A DNA stretch of 64,000 nt, taken from NCBI GenBank assembly GCA_035524255.1, contig DATKPG010000017.1, forward strand, positions 4,886 through 68,885, given 5' to 3'. A program made the position numbers and the translations under genes. Origin of the DNA: Smithella sp. (lineage in GTDB: Bacteria; Desulfobacterota; Syntrophia; Syntrophales; Smithellaceae). Below, in pieces: positions 60,333 through 64,000 of this stretch (position 1 is its first letter; each line of letters starts with the position of its first letter). Below the pieces are notes generated by a model. That model did not search any database. It was not told where the DNA came from and saw only the letters and a list, made by a program, of their open reading frames with translations.

Positions 60333-61142
60333 CTATGGCTTATCAATCCTGACAAAATCGGTTATTTCTTTAAATAATAACGGATCAGCATACATCGGCC
60401 AGTCGTTATGGCCGGCGCCTTTGATGATCCACATGCGCTTCCTGCCTTCGGGAAGCGCATCATACAAATTGATCGCATGCTTAATCGGCAGAATTTCGTC
60501 ACGTTGTGCTCCCACAACGGAAATTTTATTTTTAAAAGATTTCAGATTTTCAATGCTGTCATACTTGTCGGTCAAAACGAGTTTCACGGGAAGAAAAGGG
60601 AACATAGACTTGGCGACAGAAGCCAGCGTATCCCAGGGGGTAATTAATATGATACCGGCGATGGGCGTTGAGGTTTGTTTGGCAACAGCGGCGGCAACGC
60701 CGCAGCCCAGGGATTCTCCAACCAGGTAAAGCGGCTCCCCATATTGTTCAAACGCCAGACGAACCGTTTCCACGCCTGCCGCGACAAACGGCTTTTCGCC
60801 CACCTTACCGGGACGGCCCCCGTATTCGGGATATTCGGCAAGAATCACCCGAAAGCCGAGTTCTTCAAAGGGTGCAAAATAAAATCCTCTGTCGAGCGCC
60901 GTGCCGCCGTTGCCGTGAAAAAGAACCATTGTCCCATTTGGAGCAGGTTTTTCATGAGCGTCAATCAGTCCCTGATAATCACCGTTTGCCTCCTGCCATA
61001 TTTTCATTTTTTCATATTCAAGCCCTCCGGGAGTAGGCCACTGCGGTTCGGGGAAATAAAGAAATTTGTTCTGCATATTACAGCCTCCCAAAAACATTGC
61101 CGTTATTAGAAATAACAAATTTATTTTTAATCTCTGTTGCAT
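60333..61142 (-). CDS. Alpha/beta-hydrolase lipoprotein
   Basis: It has the lipobox FLGGC, the nucleophile elbow GESLGCG, an HG oxyanion motif (LFHGNGG) and a C-terminal GAGHND. Confidence 0.75.
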   Translation of the reverse strand: MQQRLKINLLFLITAMFLGGCNMQNKFLYFPEPQWPTPGGLEYEKMKIWQEANGDYQGLIDAHEKPAPNGTMVLFHGNGGTALDRGFYFAPFEELGFRVILAEYPEYGGRPGKVGEKPFVAAGVETVRLAFEQYGEPLYLVGESLGCGVAAAVAKQTSTPIAGIILITPWDTLASVAKSMFPFLPVKLVLTDKYDSIENLKSFKNKISVVGAQRDEILPIKHAINLYDALPEGRKRMWIIKGAGHNDWPMYADPLLFKEITDFVRIDKP

Positions 61143-61202
61143 TAATTTTAGTGAATTTCAAAAAATTTCCAAAAATCGGTTTTTTATAATGTGATTGAGT
61201 TA

Positions 61203-61712
61203 TCATTCAGATTCAATCATATTGTTATTATGTTGTATTATTTTTTTTAAGTACGGGCCCAATAAGTACAAAATGACTATGCATAGTACCGGAAAAAACA
61301 AATCATAAAATGTCATCAATATGAAACCTAACATATCCGTTTTTGCATTAAAATCTGAAAGTACATGTGAGATACTTTTTTGTATATGCATTCCACAGCC
61401 AAGCAATAGAATAGATGCGGATAATATCCATATTTGATTTAGCGGGAAAATTGCATAAAATAAAAGAAATATTGTTGGTAACATTACATACCATAAAACA
61501 GGTACGCCAATTCTAAGAGCGTCATACTTACTAAAGATAATATTATTCTCATTAAGGAACAACCAAAGTATTGCTAGTCCTAAGTATATAAAACGAACTA
61601 ATAGAAGATGATGCCTATTTAATTCCCTTATCTTTTCGATATTGTTAAAACGACGTCGAAAAGGAAGCAATAAAATTGTTAAAACCATAATAATTAGAAT
61701 AATTATTTTCAT
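61203..61712 (-). CDS. Hypothetical polytopic membrane protein encoded in an AT-rich insert
   Basis: 169 aa with about 5 hydrophobic segments. It is markedly more AT-rich by eye than the flanking genes. No motif was recognised. Confidence 0.5.
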   Translation of the reverse strand: MKIIILIIMVLTILLLPFRRRFNNIEKIRELNRHHLLLVRFIYLGLAILWLFLNENNIIFSKYDALRIGVPVLWYVMLPTIFLLFYAIFPLNQIWILSASILLLGCGMHIQKSISHVLSDFNAKTDMLGFILMTFYDLFFPVLCIVILYLLGPYLKKIIQHNNNMIESE

Positions 61713-61887
61713 AACCCTAATCTAACAAATATTTTTTGTTTGTTGGATAAAAGCGTAACAAATCTGATTTTTTTGTAAAGGATATTTTTAGAAGAATTTT
61801 AACTTTATATACCGTTTCGATTTTTTTGGATAACGAGGCAGCCAATAAAAATAGCGCTTTGATCTTAAAGCGGACGAACAATGTCAA

Positions 61888-62010
61888 GGGCTGTTCAAAA
61901 ATGCTCAGATGCAAGGCACGCAAGCCCTGAGAAGTGAGGCGTATTTTTTCATACGCCGCAATGCCGAAGGGCGAAGCGGAACGCCGCAGATGGGCGTTTT
62001 TCAACAGCCC
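61888..62010. repeat. About 120-bp structured element bounded by 17-nt imperfect inverted repeats (MITE/REP-like)
   Basis: GGGCTGTTCAAAAATGC (61888-61904) is the near-perfect inverted partner of GCGTTTTTCAACAGCCC (61994-62010). An internal perfect 7-bp hairpin GGCGTAT-tttttc-ATACGCC lies at 61938-61957. The element sits 8 nt past the purF stop. Confidence 0.55.
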
Positions 62011-62017
62011 TGTGATG

Positions 62018-63445
62018 CTATTTTAGTTCCATGCAAAACTTGTCAATCTTCTCCGGCGGCGCAATCGGATAATTACCGCTAAAGCATGCCAGGCAAAAGC
62101 AATCTTTGGTCAAACCGGTGGCCTTGATCATGCCTTCCACAGTCAAATAGTGCAATGAATCAAGACCGATGAATTCGGCAATGGCTTTTTCGTTTTCTTT
62201 CTTCGCGGCGATCAATTCCCCCTTGGATGAAAAATCAATGCCGTAGGGACAGGGATAGACTGTCGGCGGACAGCTGATGACCATGTGAATTTCCTTCATT
62301 CCGATACCGCGCAGATTTTGCACACGATTACGGCTGGTGGTGCCGCGGATAATTGAATCTTCCACAATCATCACTTTTTTGCCGGCTAATAACTCCCTTA
62401 CCGGATTTAATTTTACTCTTACGCCGAAATCGCGCATCAGCTGGGTCGGCTGGATAAAAGTTCTGCCGATGTAGTGATTACGAATCATGCCCATCTCAAA
62501 GGGAACGCCGCTTTCTTCCGCGTAACCCAGGGCGGCGTAAACGCCGGAGTCGGGAAAGGGCATGATGATATCCACATCCGGAGAGTATTCACGCGCCAGT
62601 TCATGCCCCAGTCTTTTGCGGTAAAGATAAACATTCTGGCCGAATATCTGACTGTCGGGACGGGCAAAATAAATCAGTTCAAAAATGCAGTGGCAATGTT
62701 TGACGGGCGTAAAAGGTTTCAGACTCTTGCAGCCTTTCGAATCGATGATGAGGATCTCACCGGGTTCGACATCGCGTAAATACTGCGCGCCAACTAAATC
62801 AAAAGCGCAGGTCTCCGAGGCAATAACCCAACTGCCGTTGAGCTTTCCCAGCGCGAGCGGTCTAAATCCCCGCGGATCGCGGGCGGCAATAATTTTATCG
62901 CGGGTCAGCATGATCAGACTGTAAGCGCCTTCCAGGCGTGAAAGCGCGGAGGCCAGAGCATTTTCCAGACCATTTTTCAAATTTCGCGCCATCAAATGGA
63001 TGATGACTTCGCTGTCCATGGTGGATTGAAAAATAGAGCCGCTGCTTTCCAATTCTTCACGCAATTTCTGCGCGTTGACAATATTGCCGTTATGCCCCAG
63101 CGCGTAATATTCTTCGCCAAAATGAACTAAAAAGGGCTGGGCATTGGAAAGGGTGGAGGACCCGGTCGTGGAATAACGGACATGCCCTATGGCCAGATTG
63201 CCCAGAAGTTTTTGCAGAGTTGCCTCTTTGAAAACTTCGGAAACCAGTCCCATGCCTTTGTGTTCCGATACATTGCAACCGTCGGAACAGACAATACCGG
63301 CTGATTCCTGACCGCGATGCTGCAGGGCAAATAGACCGAAAAATGCTAATCTTGCCGCGTCCTCATGGCCGTAAATGGCAAAAATGCCGCATTCTTCACG
63401 GGGCCGGCCTGATTCATTTAAAGTTTCATCGAATAAGCATGACAT
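62018..63445 (-). CDS. purF: Amidophosphoribosyltransferase
   Basis: It has a propeptide followed by the catalytic Cys (EECGIFAIYG), a PRTase motif (VMIVEDSIIRGTT) and C-terminal Fe-S Cys. The start is at MSCLFDE (63445), preceded by AGGAG; the track start is 63538. Confidence 0.9.
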   Translation of the reverse strand: MSCLFDETLNESGRPREECGIFAIYGHEDAARLAFFGLFALQHRGQESAGIVCSDGCNVSEHKGMGLVSEVFKEATLQKLLGNLAIGHVRYSTTGSSTLSNAQPFLVHFGEEYYALGHNGNIVNAQKLREELESSGSIFQSTMDSEVIIHLMARNLKNGLENALASALSRLEGAYSLIMLTRDKIIAARDPRGFRPLALGKLNGSWVIASETCAFDLVGAQYLRDVEPGEILIIDSKGCKSLKPFTPVKHCHCIFELIYFARPDSQIFGQNVYLYRKRLGHELAREYSPDVDIIMPFPDSGVYAALGYAEESGVPFEMGMIRNHYIGRTFIQPTQLMRDFGVRVKLNPVRELLAGKKVMIVEDSIIRGTTSRNRVQNLRGIGMKEIHMVISCPPTVYPCPYGIDFSSKGELIAAKKENEKAIAEFIGLDSLHYLTVEGMIKATGLTKDCFCLACFSGNYPIAPPEKIDKFCMELK

Positions 63446-63507
63446 TGCATTTCTCCTGATAAACTTCCTGTTGCCTCTCCCTTCAAGGGATGGGCAATGT
63501 TTGGGTA

Positions 63508-64000
63508 TTATTTCCCGTGATATTCCTGCAACGGACATACCTGCCAGTCCTCGGCAATAATTGCCGCTACCGCTTCACACAAGGCGCGCGCGCCTGCTAT
63601 GGTTGTGGTATAAAGAATATTATAAATAAGCGCGCCCCGTCTGATATGATAAGCATCTTTTGAGGATTTACGCCCCAGGCTTGTATTGATTACCATTTGG
63701 ATATCGCCGTTTTTTATCAAATCAACGATATGCGGCCTTCCTTCACTGACTTTAAAAATAACTTGAGCGTCAATACCATGCGCTTTCAGATGTCTGGCCG
63801 TGCCGCTTGTCGCCACAATTTTAAATCCCATCTCACAAAAAGATTTCGCAACCGCAACGATCTTGTCCTTATAATAATCATTCACGCTGATAAATACACT
63901 GCCTTTAATCGGCATTTTAAATCCGGACGCCAATTGCGATTTGGCAAAGGCCAGACCAAAGGAATGATCTATTCCCATAACCTCGCCTGTTGATTTCATT
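63508..64000 (-). CDS. carB: Carbamoyl-phosphate synthase large subunit, C-terminal (MGS-like allosteric) part; runs off the window end
   Basis: The translation STGEVMGIDHSFGLAFAKSQLASG...GSVFISVND.DK...GFKIVATSGTA..L...GI is typical of the CarB C-terminus. Confidence 0.85.
   Translation of the reverse strand, partial: MKSTGEVMGIDHSFGLAFAKSQLASGFKMPIKGSVFISVNDYYKDKIVAVAKSFCEMGFKIVATSGTARHLKAHGIDAQVIFKVSEGRPHIVDLIKNGDIQMVINTSLGRKSSKDAYHIRRGALIYNILYTTTIAGARALCEAVAAIIAEDWQVCPLQEYHGK

Noticed and set aside
61717-62004. 95-aa minus-strand ORF (MKNAHLRRSASPFGIAAYEK...)
   Set aside because: Its N-terminal half is the translation of the inverted-repeat/hairpin element, and the rest is AT-rich spacer with Lys/Leu/Phe low complexity. 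There is no RBS. I treat it as a repeat element rather than a gene.
63446-63538. Long N-terminal extensions in the ORF track for purF (to 63538), cysK (from 44747), cysE (from 51714), the BtuD-like ATPase (to 59265), the first ABC-2 permease (to 4563) and the PEBP protein (from 20439)
   Set aside because: Internal ATGs sit at the positions expected from family N-termini. They are preceded by Shine-Dalgarno sequences, or they abut or overlap the upstream stop. The extensions would overlap neighbouring genes.

Overview
The window is a gene-dense bacterial chromosomal segment with about 60 protein genes, one tRNA and no rRNA, CRISPR array or recognisable transposase/integrase. Gene content suggests an anaerobic Desulfobacterota-like (deltaproteobacterial) organism: CimA-type citramalate synthase, NifU/NifS, MetX/MetW, FdhD, PaaK-like ligase and many Fe-S proteins. 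This taxonomic call is inference only.

Gene order, left to right:
- YrdC/Sua5 fragment, then cimA
- an orphan 330-aa gene of unknown function
- a TetR-controlled ybhGFSR-like ABC-2 efflux operon
- a DUF1566-OmpA fusion protein and a YihG acyltransferase
- typA, an MBL hydrolase, prfC, queF, a PaaK-like ligase and a PAS-GGDEF cyclase
- a nine-gene type-II-FAS/aryl-polyene-like lipid cluster (22990-30869)
- hrpA, a Cys-rich Fe-S protein, mnmA, a decayed GGDEF gene, nth, secG and tRNA-Leu(GAG)
- a 12-kb co-directional, Rrf2-headed array of 13 sulfur/Fe-S/Met-Cys genes (40873-52835)
- rnd, bioY-ecfA-ecfT and btuB with its leader
- btuCD-like genes, a lipoprotein hydrolase and an AT-rich insert
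- purF and the 3' end of carB

The points most worth a second look:
1. An Ile-codon-rich leader peptide plus intrinsic terminator directly upstream of cimA, read as a candidate isoleucine attenuator.
2. The reduced aryl-polyene-like lipid cluster, which carries a CrtI-like flavoprotein.
3. The sulfur super-array with an embedded LarE-like/FdhD/MOSC triad.
4. The orphan 330-aa protein.
5. A cobalamin riboswitch between the btuD-like gene and btuB.
6. An AT-rich insert with an inverted-repeat element downstream of purF.

All calls come from reading the sequence and the ORF translations. No database search was run.
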